From assembly GCA_030700025.1 (NCBI GenBank), contig JAUYKI010000015.1, positions 28,623 to 92,622 of the forward strand: a DNA stretch of 64,000 nt, given 5' to 3'. The position numbers and the translations under genes were made by a program. Below are positions 29,065-39,362 of the stretch, one piece after another (positions within the stretch are counted from its first letter, which is position 1; each line of letters begins with the position of its first letter). The stretch comes from a bacterium. Its GTDB lineage: Bacteria; Patescibacteriota; Minisyncoccia; UBA6257; 02-FULL-45-10c. Below the pieces are notes generated by a model. That model worked only from the letters and a program-made list of their open reading frames with translations. It was not told the DNA's origin and ran no database searches.

Positions 29065-30723
29065 TTACTTAATTTTGTAAACGCTTACGGCCGGGCCCAA
29101 TTCTCTTAATCGGAATAAACCGCCGGGAGCGCCTTTCAGCTGGCCGATAGACAAAGAATAGGTCTCTTGCGAATCGCCAAAAGACTTCAATAATATACCC
29201 CCTTTGGCCAAAGATTGAAAATGCCGAAAATACTCCGGACGCTGAGCAAAGTCTGTCTCGCTTATCACTAAATATTGATATTGATTTTTCTTAGCGTATT
29301 CTTCCACGGAGTCAAAAAAGTCGTCGTTAGCAACCGAATAAAGATTCAAGGCGTGGAAATACTTATCCTTTCGAATTATTAGGTTTTCTTCAGCAACATC
29401 CGTCTTTCTCAAAGAGCCGGGGTCAATCAATCGCTGTTCGGCAATCGCCTCTACGCTAGACGGCAAACGTGTTAATCGCGCATATACCAAGATTTTAGCG
29501 CTCTGGGGAATATTCTCCTTAACCCAATTCCGCAAATGAATCCGGGAATCATTACGATAGGCCAAATATCCCAGCCGTCCGGCGGCCGCCAGGGGCAATA
29601 ACAACATCAGCAAGAAAACGGCCATAATCAAACGGCGGTTGAAAATCTTTTTTATTTCTCCGAAAGCAAAACCGGCCGTAATAACCCAAAATGGCAATAA
29701 CGGCAAAATAAAGCGATGCTCATAGCGGAAAAGCCAGTAAAAAACTCCCGAGTAGCCGTAAATAAAAATTAAAAGCGTAAAAAACAAAGGTTTTTGGCGC
29801 ATTAACATCAAGCCAAGCCCAATGGCCGCGAATAATGCCAAAATTGGTTCGGATAAAATAATCGGTTTTAAAAATTGAACTGGGCTTGCTAATAAACCGC
29901 TTAAAGTTTTAACTTCATTCAAGGTTACATCATTCTTAAATCCAAAGCTAGCCGGATAAAGAATTGATGGCAAAAATGCTAAAACAATAAAAATAATTCC
30001 GCCTAAATAAAAATGCTTATTTTTAATTAAGTCTCCAAAATTCCTTTTTTCATATATAAAATACCATCCCGCCATCAAAATCAGAAAAAGCGCCGTAATC
30101 GGACTAACGCCCATTCCCAGGCCGGTAACCAATAAAGCGCTGAAATATCTCTTTTCCCAGGCCCATTTCTCATTAACTAATAACCAAAATCCTAAAAGAT
30201 AAAAAATGGACACCGGCAACCAATGCCGTCCCGCTAATGAAAACATGACGTGCGTAAGGCTGGTCGCCAGAAAAAAAGCCGCCGCCAATCCGGCGATTTT
30301 ATCTTTAAAAAGATTTTTAGCCGCGTCATAAGCCAGCCACACCGAAATAACTCCCAATAAAACATTCAAAAATCGGGCAGTTAAAAAGAAGGCGGACAAA
30401 TCGCTGGTTAAATAATAAATAAATTGTCCGGCTGGTCCCGAAAATAATAAGAATTTTGCTCCCAATAAAGCTAAAAAGGGCAAAATATAAACATAGGCAA
30501 GATACGGCGGGTAATATAGTACCGATTTAAAGTCTTCCAAATTAAAGGCCGGGATCGGATTTTTCAGCTGAATCATCTTCAGAGCCGCCAGGGCAAATGG
30601 AGGCTCGTCATCTATCAGCCACAACGGCAACCCATAGCCAATGCCAATTAATCTCACTACAAACGCAAATGCCAATATATAAATTAGAATCTGCCTTGAA
30701 CTGAATATGCCAGACATACCCAT
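29065..30723 (-). CDS. GT-C fold membrane glycosyltransferase (ArnT/PMT-like)
   Basis: First-loop LIDDEPPFALAALKM motif (DE motif) and about 12 transmembrane segments. Confidence 0.55.
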   Translation of the reverse strand: MGMSGIFSSRQILIYILAFAFVVRLIGIGYGLPLWLIDDEPPFALAALKMIQLKNPIPAFNLEDFKSVLYYPPYLAYVYILPFLALLGAKFLLFSGPAGQFIYYLTSDLSAFFLTARFLNVLLGVISVWLAYDAAKNLFKDKIAGLAAAFFLATSLTHVMFSLAGRHWLPVSIFYLLGFWLLVNEKWAWEKRYFSALLVTGLGMGVSPITALFLILMAGWYFIYEKRNFGDLIKNKHFYLGGIIFIVLAFLPSILYPASFGFKNDVTLNEVKTLSGLLASPVQFLKPIILSEPILALFAAIGLGLMLMRQKPLFFTLLIFIYGYSGVFYWLFRYEHRFILPLLPFWVITAGFAFGEIKKIFNRRLIMAVFLLMLLLPLAAAGRLGYLAYRNDSRIHLRNWVKENIPQSAKILVYARLTRLPSSVEAIAEQRLIDPGSLRKTDVAEENLIIRKDKYFHALNLYSVANDDFFDSVEEYAKKNQYQYLVISETDFAQRPEYFRHFQSLAKGGILLKSFGDSQETYSLSIGQLKGAPGGLFRLRELGPAVSVYKIK

Positions 30724-31929
30724 TTATTTTACCATCTTTACGGCACCAGCCGATTCTAGGCAATCCCTGTATTGTTTCCAATATTCTTCCTGCTTAGGCC
30801 AATTTTGCAATAACCTTAAAGCATTCTGTTTAAATTCCTCTCTTTTAAAAGAGTTTTCTTTCGATTCTAAAATCGCCTTGGCGAGCGCCCGCTCATCGCC
30901 CACCGGAACCACCCAGCCATCCAAATCATCAATCAATAATTCTCCCGCCAAACCAACGTCCGTCATAACTACGGGCAAGCCCGCCGCCATCGCCTCCACA
31001 ATCGTCCGTCCGTAACCTTCATAATTAGAAGTCAGTAAAAAAATATCAGCTGTTTTATAATAAGAAGCCAGATCATCAGTCCAGGGCTCAAGAATAATAT
31101 TATTTTGTAATTTGTAATTTGTAATTTGTAATTTAAGCGCTTCGTGTTTTGGTCCATTGCCCACTATTACCAATAGTGATTTAGGGTATTTCTCCGCCAC
31201 CTCCCGCATGGCCTCAATTCCCAAGCCAATATTTTTTTCTTGAGTCAGCCGGGAAGCCATCAAAATAATAAAATCGCGATCGGAATATTTTTGGCGCAAA
31301 TCTATTTTTATTTTAGCTGTTTGAATTTTTTTAACATCAACTAAAATCGGCAATACCGATATGGGGCGTAAGGTATGGGGTTTAGGATATAGGGCTAATA
31401 ATGATTGCTTGATTCGCTCACTAACAACCCGGATGCCGTCCGCGCGGGGAAGTAAAAATTTAGCCAGCCAAACCCGCAGTTTATTTTTGAAAGATTCACT
31501 ATAAAAATAAGGGCTGAAAATATCGGCGTGTATTTGCAGCTGCAAAGACAAATTGAATTTCTTTTTCAAACACCAGCCGACTAATCCCGTTTCAAAAGGA
31601 TCCTGCGCGCTTATAGCGCAATTTCTAATTTCTAATTCCCAATTTCTAATGATATTTTTCCCGATTTTATACGCGTCCCAAAAATACAATATCCGGAAGC
31701 GCGTATTGGTGGGATAAGTAAAAACATTCTCGCTAATTTGTAATTTAAAATTTATTTGTGATTTGTCCTGCCTGCCGATAAGCATGGGATTTGTGATTTG
31801 TGATTTTCGTGTTGCAAACACGATTATGTGCAGTTCTTCAAAAAGCGGGCCGTAATTGCCAATCCTTTTCCTGGCTTCAGACTTTTCATCCAATATTTGT
31901 TTATCGGTAGAGAACATTAAAACTTTCAT
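30724..31929 (-). CDS. GT4 family glycosyltransferase
   Basis: ...IFLLTSNYEGYGRTIVEAMAAGLPVV... region. Contains three heptanucleotide arrays. The start was moved to MKVLMF (ATGA overlap with the upstream gene). Confidence 0.75.
   Translation of the reverse strand: MKVLMFSTDKQILDEKSEARKRIGNYGPLFEELHIIVFATRKSQITNPMLIGRQDKSQINFKLQISENVFTYPTNTRFRILYFWDAYKIGKNIIRNWELEIRNCAISAQDPFETGLVGWCLKKKFNLSLQLQIHADIFSPYFYSESFKNKLRVWLAKFLLPRADGIRVVSERIKQSLLALYPKPHTLRPISVLPILVDVKKIQTAKIKIDLRQKYSDRDFIILMASRLTQEKNIGLGIEAMREVAEKYPKSLLVIVGNGPKHEALKLQITNYKLQNNIILEPWTDDLASYYKTADIFLLTSNYEGYGRTIVEAMAAGLPVVMTDVGLAGELLIDDLDGWVVPVGDERALAKAILESKENSFKREEFKQNALRLLQNWPKQEEYWKQYRDCLESAGAVKMVK
31104..31134. repeat. Heptanucleotide tandem array (TTTGTAA)x4 within the coding sequence, encoding KLQITNYKLQ
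   Basis: Read directly; translation confirmed. Confidence 0.9.
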
Positions 31930-33080
31930 AGATTTTTCCATATCTCTATATATCCATTAATCATCATATTGTGGGTATAAGCCATTTCTTTTTTTCGCGC
32001 TAATTCTCCCAAACGCTGGCGCAACGATTCATCAGAAATAATATCAATAAGCGTCCGCCTTAACGCGTTATAGTCATTATACGGAACCAAAAGTCCGGTT
32101 TGACCGTGAATTACAATTTCAGGATTACCGCCAACGTCCGTAGTAACTACCGGCAATCCTAAGGCCTGAGCTTCCCGTATCTGATGCGAAAGTCCTTCGT
32201 AGCCGGTATTAAGAACAAATACATCGGACGCTTTCAAATATTTTATCAATTCATTTTTAGGCAACGAACCCATTAATACCGCATTCTTTTCAATTCTGAG
32301 CTTATTAATTAAACTCTCTAAATTTGCCCGTTCCGGCCCATCGCCGATAATAAACAAATGTAAATCGGAAAATTTATTCTTTAAATCAGCCACAATTTTT
32401 ATTAACATATCAAAACCCTTCCATGGCACCAAGCGGCCGACCGAAACCAAAATAGTTCCTTGTAATCCTAAAATTCCCCTTTCCAAATCTTTGCCGCTGG
32501 TGGAAATCATCGGGGAAACCGCATTTAAGATAACGTTTATCTTTTCTGGCGCCACTCCCCAACGAACCACTATTTTTTTTAAATATTCGCTGGGAACAAT
32601 TACCAAATCCGAACCATCGGCTACCCAGCTCCGAATCCACTTCAATCCCTCCACCACCCAATGATATTTTTTCTTGGTATCCTGAAAGTCATCAATAGAA
32701 TCCTGAACTCTAAACCGCTGCGCTCCCTGTTCCCAGGCGTAATCACCGACTGCTTTTAAGATAAACTTCCGATGCAAGAATTTATTCGCTAAAAATGCTG
32801 GCAAGCCCGCGCTAACCGGATCTTGGGCAAAAATAATATCCGCTTTCCGCCCCAGCTGCCACACTTTTAAAAAATAAATAAAGTGTCGTAATCCCTTGGG
32901 AATGTGGCGGGAAACCCTGCGAATATTAGACGGGTCGCCTTTTTGAGATTCTCCATAAGAAAGCGCGATTACTTTAAAACCCCGCTTCGGCAATTCTTCC
33001 AAAAGCAATTTAGTAAAAGTTGCCGGCCCTCCGATATCCGGCGGAAAAATTCCTGTAGCGATTAAAATTGTTCTGGCCAT
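31926..33080 (-). CDS. GT4 family glycosyltransferase
   Basis: ...VFVLNTGYEGLSHQIREAQALGLPVV... region. Confidence 0.75.
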   Translation of the reverse strand: MARTILIATGIFPPDIGGPATFTKLLLEELPKRGFKVIALSYGESQKGDPSNIRRVSRHIPKGLRHFIYFLKVWQLGRKADIIFAQDPVSAGLPAFLANKFLHRKFILKAVGDYAWEQGAQRFRVQDSIDDFQDTKKKYHWVVEGLKWIRSWVADGSDLVIVPSEYLKKIVVRWGVAPEKINVILNAVSPMISTSGKDLERGILGLQGTILVSVGRLVPWKGFDMLIKIVADLKNKFSDLHLFIIGDGPERANLESLINKLRIEKNAVLMGSLPKNELIKYLKASDVFVLNTGYEGLSHQIREAQALGLPVVTTDVGGNPEIVIHGQTGLLVPYNDYNALRRTLIDIISDESLRQRLGELARKKEMAYTHNMMINGYIEIWKNL

Positions 33081-33081
33081 T

Positions 33082-34266
33082 TTAGAGATTAATCAGCCGA
33101 TTAAAAATATTTCTGAATAATTTCACTATTATCTCCCAGGAATAATTTTGCTTCACCATCAAGCGGGCATTATTAATTACCGGCTTAATACGGCTTGGAT
33201 TATCCAAAACGTATTTTATTTTTTCCGCTAATGCCTCCGAGTCTCCAACGGGCACAAAAAAACCGGTTTGTCCGTCTTTTAAGAAATCGATTATTCCTCC
33301 AACCGGCGTGCCAATTACCGGCAAACCGGCCGCCATGGCTTCCAAAAAAGAATTACCAAGCCCCTCTGAACGCGATGCTCGGACAAAAATATCCGCAATT
33401 TTAAAATAAATCGGCAAATCGCGCTGAGGCATTTGCCCTAAAAAAATAATCTGATGGCCGATCTTTAATTTTTCACTTTGCCATTTTAATTTTGGGTGAT
33501 CCGGTCCGCCGCCAATAATCAAACATTTTACAACCAGTCTTTTCTCTTTTAACTTCGCAATGGCGTCTATCAGAATATCAATGCCGTTCTTGTAAACCAG
33601 CCGGGAAGTCGTGATAACAATATATTCATCTTTAATGCCTAAATTTTCCCGAATAGATTTTATTTCTGAATCTTTATAGGCGGAATTGAATAATTCCCAA
33701 TCCACTCCATTAGGCACTACCTCAATGGGACAGACGGCTCCTTTTTTATTGGCAATGTCTTTAAGGTAATTACTGATAACTTGAATAAAATCCGCCTTCC
33801 AAATAATTTGCTTCCCAAAGAGTCCCACCAATCCTAATTTTCCTAAAGATAAATATTTTTCTGAATCTCCTTCTTGAATAGTTAACAGCAAAGGAACGCG
33901 CGGATGGCGCATCTTAAAGAATAATGCCGCGACGCCCCCATAAGAAGCCATAATCGCCCAGATAACTTCAAACCGTTTCTGCCGGTGCAATTCTTCCGCC
34001 TTTTGCCAGGAAGAAAAAATATAAATAATTTTATCCCAAATACGGCCATAATATTTCCCGCCGCTTCGGCCCCGTCCCAGCCGGACAATATCGGCGTTTT
34101 CCGCCGCTTCCCGCGAAAGCCATCGGCTATCAAATTTGAAGGTAAAAATCGTAAAATTCAGCCCCTTTAAGCGCTTTATAACCTCCCGGGCAGCTATTTC
34201 CGCACCCCCCTCAAAAGGGGTGTAAGCAAGCGAAAAAACTGCTATATTTGGCTCTTTAGGAAACAT
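33082..34266 (-). CDS. GT4 family glycosyltransferase
   Basis: ...IFVRASRSEGLGNSFLEAMAAGLPVI... region. Confidence 0.75.
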   Translation of the reverse strand: MFPKEPNIAVFSLAYTPFEGGAEIAAREVIKRLKGLNFTIFTFKFDSRWLSREAAENADIVRLGRGRSGGKYYGRIWDKIIYIFSSWQKAEELHRQKRFEVIWAIMASYGGVAALFFKMRHPRVPLLLTIQEGDSEKYLSLGKLGLVGLFGKQIIWKADFIQVISNYLKDIANKKGAVCPIEVVPNGVDWELFNSAYKDSEIKSIRENLGIKDEYIVITTSRLVYKNGIDILIDAIAKLKEKRLVVKCLIIGGGPDHPKLKWQSEKLKIGHQIIFLGQMPQRDLPIYFKIADIFVRASRSEGLGNSFLEAMAAGLPVIGTPVGGIIDFLKDGQTGFFVPVGDSEALAEKIKYVLDNPSRIKPVINNARLMVKQNYSWEIIVKLFRNIFNRLINL

Positions 34267-34300
34267 ATAGAGATAATAATGATGTTATCTTAATATAACC

Positions 34301-35428
34301 ATGAATACCAAGATAAAAGTTCTCTACGCCATAACCAAAACCGACCTGGGCGGCGCCCAGAAGTACGTTTCCGATTTAGCGGCTAATTTAGACCGCCAAC
34401 GGTTTGAGGCTAAAATAATATATGGCGGCCAAGACTTAAGATGGCTTTCCAACCGAGTCTGGCCATGGGCTTTATTTCTAAATGATTGGCTGGCGATTTT
34501 AGAATTGCGAAAATTCTACAAAAAAGAACAGCCCCAAATTGTCCACCTTAATAGTTCTAAGGCGGGAATTATCGGTTCCTTAGCGGCTATTTTAATTTCG
34601 CCGCGCCCCAAAATTATTTTTACCGCCCATGGATGGGTATTTAATCCTACCAACGCCCTGTCATTGGCCGTTCGCTGGTTTTATATCTTATTGCATAAAA
34701 TTGCGGCATTCTTCCAAGATCATATTATCTGCGTTTCAGAATACGATCATCAATTAGCGCTGCGCTATCATATCGCGCCTCCAAAAAAAATTACCACTAT
34801 TCACAATGGCATTGATTCCGGATTAAAGTTTTTGGATAAAGAAAGCGCCAAACGGGACATTATTAAAATAATTCCAAATTCTAAATTCCAGATTCTAGAT
34901 TCTAAATTGCCCTGGATTGGCTCCATCGGCCGGTTAGTCAAAGAAAAAAATTATGAAACCCTGATTGAAGCCGCCGCGATAATACCCAATGCTTGCTTTT
35001 TTATTATCGGGAGCGGATCAGAACAACGTAATTTAGAATCCCGAATTAAAAATTTAAAACTAGAAAAGCGGTTTTTCTTGCTTAACCCATCGGGCAATGA
35101 TGCCCAATATTTAAAAGCTTTCGATATTTTTGCCATGTCCTCCATCAAAGAGGGGTTGCCCTATATCCTCATGGAAGCGATGCTGGCAGAACGCCCCATA
35201 ATTATTACGGAGGCGGGCGGCATGCCGGAGATGATCAAAAACCACGAAAATGGATTAATGGTGGCCCAAAAAAATCCTAAAATGCTCGCTCAAGCAATAA
35301 GCGGATTATTAGAAAATCCGGCCATCGCCCAATCTTTAAGCCAAACGGGCAAAAAAGTGGTTCGGGATAAATTTAGTTTGCAAAAAATGATTTTCGAAAC
35401 AAAACAGGTATATCAAAACCTGCTATAA
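34301..35428 (+). CDS. GT4 family glycosyltransferase
   Basis: ...IFAMSSIKEGLPYILMEAMLAERPII... region. Contains a heptanucleotide array. Confidence 0.75.
   Translation: MNTKIKVLYAITKTDLGGAQKYVSDLAANLDRQRFEAKIIYGGQDLRWLSNRVWPWALFLNDWLAILELRKFYKKEQPQIVHLNSSKAGIIGSLAAILISPRPKIIFTAHGWVFNPTNALSLAVRWFYILLHKIAAFFQDHIICVSEYDHQLALRYHIAPPKKITTIHNGIDSGLKFLDKESAKRDIIKIIPNSKFQILDSKLPWIGSIGRLVKEKNYETLIEAAAIIPNACFFIIGSGSEQRNLESRIKNLKLEKRFFLLNPSGNDAQYLKAFDIFAMSSIKEGLPYILMEAMLAERPIIITEAGGMPEMIKNHENGLMVAQKNPKMLAQAISGLLENPAIAQSLSQTGKKVVRDKFSLQKMIFETKQVYQNLL
34873..34907. repeat. Degenerate heptanucleotide tandem array (CYARATT)x5 within the coding sequence, encoding PNSKFQILDSKL
   Basis: Read directly; translation confirmed. 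Confidence 0.85.
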
Positions 35429-35441
35429 AGTCGGGGCCTGG

Positions 35442-36221
35442 TTATGACTTAAGTGCCGCCAGCTCCTCTCGCAATTCCTGGTTGTCGGGAGTTAATGCTA
35501 GCGCTTCGTCAAAATATTTAATAGCGTCTGCCTTCCGCCCAAGCCGGATATAATACTTACCCAACTCGATTTTCAATACCGCTACTTCGGAATTTTCCCG
35601 GATTCCCTCAAGAAGAATGTTCTCTGTCCGAACTATATCCTTTAATGAAAATTCATATAAAATCGCTAATTGTTGATAGGCCGAAACATTTTGCGGATTT
35701 TTTTGGATAGACTGCAAAAAACTCCGTTCCCCCTTGGCATAATCTTTTAAATAAAATGCGTATAAGTCGCCCAAGTTTTGATCAAAAATATAATCTTTGG
35801 GCCTTAAAATACTGCCAAAAGTCCAAGCCTCAATCGCGCCGTCATAATCGCCGATTAATCGGCGGTAAGCGCCCAAGTCATACCATTGATATACCTCGTC
35901 ATAATAATTTTTAATGGATTCATTTAACTCTTGAATTTTAGCCACGGCTTGCTGCCGGGAACTTTCCGGCAAAGACGCCGTCACTACTATCGGCCTGGCA
36001 ATGATTTTTAATACCCAGCCTTGAATGTCCTCAAGAATATCCGCCTTGGCAGGTTCGGTAACGCCGGTCGTCTGGTTGCCGCCCACCGCAAGGGATTTAT
36101 CTAAAGATTGCGGATTCTCTAAGTTGAGGTCAGCCGCGATATCCTTTCGTCCCGATTGGACATACCACCAAAAGATTCCCGCCAAAACTGCCGCCAAAAA
36201 TAAAATTAAAATTCTTTTCAT
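35442..36221 (-). CDS. Signal-anchored TPR-repeat protein
   Basis: N-terminal hydrophobic segment, then repeated TPR-like helices (A..Y..LG..Y, LGKYYIRLGRKADAIKYFDEALALTPDN). Confidence 0.55.
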   Translation of the reverse strand: MKRILILFLAAVLAGIFWWYVQSGRKDIAADLNLENPQSLDKSLAVGGNQTTGVTEPAKADILEDIQGWVLKIIARPIVVTASLPESSRQQAVAKIQELNESIKNYYDEVYQWYDLGAYRRLIGDYDGAIEAWTFGSILRPKDYIFDQNLGDLYAFYLKDYAKGERSFLQSIQKNPQNVSAYQQLAILYEFSLKDIVRTENILLEGIRENSEVAVLKIELGKYYIRLGRKADAIKYFDEALALTPDNQELREELAALKS

Positions 36222-36240
36222 GATATATAAAATATACGCT

Positions 36241-37935
36241 CTATATTATATCCGAGATAAGAAATTTGTAAACTCGGAACATGGTCCGGCTATCGCTTCC
36301 CTCAATAATCTTCGCGGGCTGAAGGCCCCGGCTCTGTAAATAACGTTCAAATTCTTCCCCTGCCTTTTTATCCGCCTTAAACGAATTCAACAGCGTTTGA
36401 TCCGTGCTCTGGACAAAATAAATCCGAAAACCGTCGAAATATTCCAAACCGCGCTCATTAACTACCTTAGTAAAATTCTCCACAAATAACGCCGGCATAT
36501 TGTGGTAAAAAAACCGCCGATAAAAAACCCATTCCAGCGTAGGCAGGGCCACATTGTCGTTATAAACAATCAGCCAAAATTGCCGGTCGCTAATTTTAGA
36601 TTTCCTGGAAGCAAATTCGTGAATAACTTTATTTAAATGCGAGTTGTCGGATTCCGGAATAACCGCCGATCTTTTGCCCGCAAATTCTTCCTCAAAATAA
36701 TGGTCTAATTTGGCCATGCCGTAATCCGGCATGGAAATAAAATTAACATTAACGGCGTGAATCATTTCCCAGATAAAAAATACGGCGATGGCTATTTTAA
36801 AAATCGGAAGCCCCGCGCCATCCTTTCGCCATTCCCATAAATGAGCCGCCCAAAAACCCACTAGAATCGCGAAAGCAGGGCCGTAAAGGGCCAAGAAACG
36901 ATGAGCGGAGCCGATCTTAACTAGAAGCAAGGTGAGAAAAATAAGATATAACCAGAAAAATAATATGCCTGGCAGACGTTTTTGCTTAAAAACGAAAATG
37001 GACCGGATTAATCCCCCCAGCGCGACAATTACCGCCAAAATTCCATAATAGCCCACCGGCCACGCCAAACCAGTCCCCCTGTCTAATTGTTGAAAGGTCA
37101 AGTTCCTCCACAAGTCTGAAAATGGCGACTGAACTTTACCCGCTAACCCGGTCCATTCCGGCGTTTCCTGGCCAAAAAGATAAGCCAATTGCAAATCGAA
37201 ATGGCCTACCGCTTGATAAAGATAAAAATTATAAACTATGACCGGAGAGAAAAGCAGTAAGGCGAATCCTAAAGCGGCATAAAGGCGCCAATTCCTAAAT
37301 AACAATCGGGCAGGCGGATTTAAAATTAAATAAAAGAAATAAACCGGCAACAGAAAAATTCCTGTGTATTTAGTAAGAGCCACCAACCCCAAAGTTAATC
37401 CGAAAAGCCACCACCGGCGCCGATTCTCCACAAATTGAAAAAAACAATAAATATTTAAAATGATAAAGAACAGCAGAAGCGGCTCCAGCATGCTGGTTCG
37501 GAAAACCCAGACCAAGGCTCCGTTAACCGCAAAAAATAAAGCCGAGAATAACGCCGCCGTTTCGTTGGCAAATAACTTTTTAACCAGCAAATAAACTAAA
37601 TAAACCGAAATTACGCCCAAAACGATGGCTGGCAAGCGGGCAATCCAAATAGAATCGCCAAAAAGCCGGAAAAAGAAATTCATAATCAAAATTCCTAATG
37701 GCGGCAAATCGTGAAAGGAAAGACCGCCCCACCACGGCAGGGCTTGATTCTTATACCAGTCAACCAGCTGAGTTTGGAAACTGGTTCCCAAAAAATCCAA
37801 ATAGCCGATGGCTCGGAAAGCGTCCGGCGCTTCATCCCCAAATAAATCTTGATTGCCCGCGCCCCAAATGCGCAGTGCCAAAGCTAAGATTAATATCCCC
37901 CAAAGCAGGTTTTGATAAGTTAAATATTTTTTCAT
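36241..37935 (-). CDS. GT-C fold membrane glycosyltransferase (ArnT/PMT-like); paralogue of 40297..41997
   Basis: DEAPDAFRAIGY first-loop motif. Long blocks align with 40297..41997 (for example FSPVIVYNFYLYQAVGHFDLQLAYLFGQETPEW against FSPVLIYNFYLLANLGHFDLQFSYLFQQETPEW). Confidence 0.6.
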   Translation of the reverse strand: MKKYLTYQNLLWGILILALALRIWGAGNQDLFGDEAPDAFRAIGYLDFLGTSFQTQLVDWYKNQALPWWGGLSFHDLPPLGILIMNFFFRLFGDSIWIARLPAIVLGVISVYLVYLLVKKLFANETAALFSALFFAVNGALVWVFRTSMLEPLLLFFIILNIYCFFQFVENRRRWWLFGLTLGLVALTKYTGIFLLPVYFFYLILNPPARLLFRNWRLYAALGFALLLFSPVIVYNFYLYQAVGHFDLQLAYLFGQETPEWTGLAGKVQSPFSDLWRNLTFQQLDRGTGLAWPVGYYGILAVIVALGGLIRSIFVFKQKRLPGILFFWLYLIFLTLLLVKIGSAHRFLALYGPAFAILVGFWAAHLWEWRKDGAGLPIFKIAIAVFFIWEMIHAVNVNFISMPDYGMAKLDHYFEEEFAGKRSAVIPESDNSHLNKVIHEFASRKSKISDRQFWLIVYNDNVALPTLEWVFYRRFFYHNMPALFVENFTKVVNERGLEYFDGFRIYFVQSTDQTLLNSFKADKKAGEEFERYLQSRGLQPAKIIEGSDSRTMFRVYKFLISDII

Positions 37936-37942
37936 ACAAACC

Positions 37943-39355
37943 CTAACGCGCTTCAAACATAGTTAGTATTTCTCCAGTATATACTATCCGGGATTTTTCT
38001 TGAATCTTAGAGTCCAGATCATATACTCGAAGAATGCTATTAGGAATTATTAAAAAGAATGGCGCCTCATTCAAGTCCCCCCGGAAAGGGGTTAAATTAA
38101 AATTCTTTTTTCGGCCGTAATAATATATAGTTTCGTAGTTATAAAAATTAGAACTGTAGACTTTTTCGGAAAAATTCTGGGCAGCAAGATATTGCCCGAT
38201 GTCTTTTTCTTCCTTCGCTAGAGCATATTCACTGCCCTGTCCGCCGCCAATTTCCCAAATCTGCCAATTAACGCTAACGAAACCAATTATTAATAACGCG
38301 CAAACGCCTGCCAATAAGCGTTTTTGAGAAGCGCGTTCAGCCGTTTCAAAAAAATTTACTAGCGCACAACTGACAAAAATGGCCAAAAAGGGATAAATTG
38401 GCTCCAAATAATAAAATAGCTTAAAGCTAGCCGCTTCAAAAAATACAAAAATAAATAAAACGCTTCCCAGCGAAGCGATGGCTAACGGATCTTTTTTGCG
38501 CCAAAAATTAAATTTCCCGATTATTCCCAATAAAATCAGCGCGAAAACAGTAATCCATGGCTGGGCGAGCTGAAAAAGAAATTTGGGATAATACAACCAA
38601 GACACCGGATCCTTTGTAAAACGGCTAGTAATACTGTGAGTAAAAAATTTCTGTAAGAAACCAGTGCCAAACTGCGCAGTCTCATACCAAAACCAGGGGG
38701 CAATCAAAAGAAGAGCCAAAACCTCTCCGACCCAAAAATAACCGCTTTTTAACCAGTCCCATCGAAAATAAACCGCGCTAAATATTAAAATAACCGGAAA
38801 AATCAGCAATCCGATCACGCTTTTAAAAAGCGCCCCGGCCGCCAAACAAATTCCAAAACCCAAATACCATTTCTGCTTATCCCACCCCCTAATAAAAAAA
38901 TACAGGGCGAAAATAATCGCCGCAGCCACCGGAACATCCATGCGCACCTGCCGGGCGGCAAAAATAAAGTCACCAATAGTAAGAAGAATGGCGCTGGCCA
39001 ATAAGGCCTTCCATTTATTTTTAGTTAATTGCCACGCCACTAGTCCGGCTCCCCAAACTGCCGCTAACCCCAGCAATGCCGCCGGCAATCGCATAGCAAA
39101 TTCATTTTCTCCAAAAATCCACACGCTTCCCGCCATCAGCCAATAGAGAAGAGGCGGTTTATCTATTTCTAGCTGGCCGTGCCGCGTAAAAGATAAAAAA
39201 TCCCCCGACTGAAAACTTTCAGAAAATACCAACGCGTAAGTCGCCTCATCATAATCTAGAAACGGAAAAGCGCCCAACCGAAATAAAAATAAAAAAAGCG
39301 CCGAGCAAAATAAAGCGCCAAATAACCAATTTTTAGAAACGCTCATAAGCGCCAA
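37943..39355 (-). CDS. GT-C fold membrane glycosyltransferase, ArnT/PMT family (GT83/GT39-like)
   Basis: YDEATYALVFSE...KPPLLYWLMAGSVWIFGENEFAMRLPAALLG matches the ArnT/PMT N-terminal signature closely. Confidence 0.7.
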   Translation of the reverse strand: MALMSVSKNWLFGALFCSALFLFLFRLGAFPFLDYDEATYALVFSESFQSGDFLSFTRHGQLEIDKPPLLYWLMAGSVWIFGENEFAMRLPAALLGLAAVWGAGLVAWQLTKNKWKALLASAILLTIGDFIFAARQVRMDVPVAAAIIFALYFFIRGWDKQKWYLGFGICLAAGALFKSVIGLLIFPVILIFSAVYFRWDWLKSGYFWVGEVLALLLIAPWFWYETAQFGTGFLQKFFTHSITSRFTKDPVSWLYYPKFLFQLAQPWITVFALILLGIIGKFNFWRKKDPLAIASLGSVLFIFVFFEAASFKLFYYLEPIYPFLAIFVSCALVNFFETAERASQKRLLAGVCALLIIGFVSVNWQIWEIGGGQGSEYALAKEEKDIGQYLAAQNFSEKVYSSNFYNYETIYYYGRKKNFNLTPFRGDLNEAPFFLIIPNSILRVYDLDSKIQEKSRIVYTGEILTMFEAR

Positions 39356-39362
39356 TAATCAA

